From Folioceros fuciformis (Eukaryota), in the NCBI GenBank assembly GCA_049999805.1, contig JBNGIO010004581.1:32030-66334 (forward strand): DNA of 34,305 nucleotides. Reading direction: 5' to 3'. Below the pieces are notes generated by a model. That model had not been told where the DNA came from. It made no database searches and saw only the letters and a program-made list of their open reading frames with translations. Numbering within the stretch: the stretch's first letter is position 1; the number at the start of each line of letters is the position of its first letter. The position numbers and the translations under genes are program-made. Shown piece by piece: positions 34,276-34,305 of the stretch.

Positions 34276-34305
34276 TCACCTTCACCTCCTGCTGCTGCTG
34301 GCGAT

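Overview
Eukaryotic nuclear DNA with GT-AG introns, most likely from a non-seed land plant with a compact genome (hornwort- or lycophyte-like; inferred from short introns, tight gene spacing and a CblD-like gene). The window has two compartments. (1) An AT-rich, CpG-poor block (1 to ~7850) holds the 5' part of a VAMP72-type R-SNARE gene, short tandem duplications, a diverged intronless SRR1-domain ORF, and a ~2.1 kb decayed reading frame mostly missed by the ORF track, which reads as a ParB-like N-terminal domain fused to a beta-class N6-adenine/N4-cytosine DNA methyltransferase. (2) A GC-rich, gene-dense block holds DUF829/TMEM53, a CLD1-like alpha/beta hydrolase (with a 100-N gap), plastid TypA/BipA (14 exons), KDO transferase (12 exons), an unknown AT-hook/coiled-coil protein, a cobalamin-trafficking MMADHC/CblD-like gene, an LTR-like repeat, an orphan two-TM ORF, an EamA/DMT transporter and a NOT2/VIP2-like CCR4-NOT subunit. 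All family assignments come from motif recognition by eye; no database search was run.
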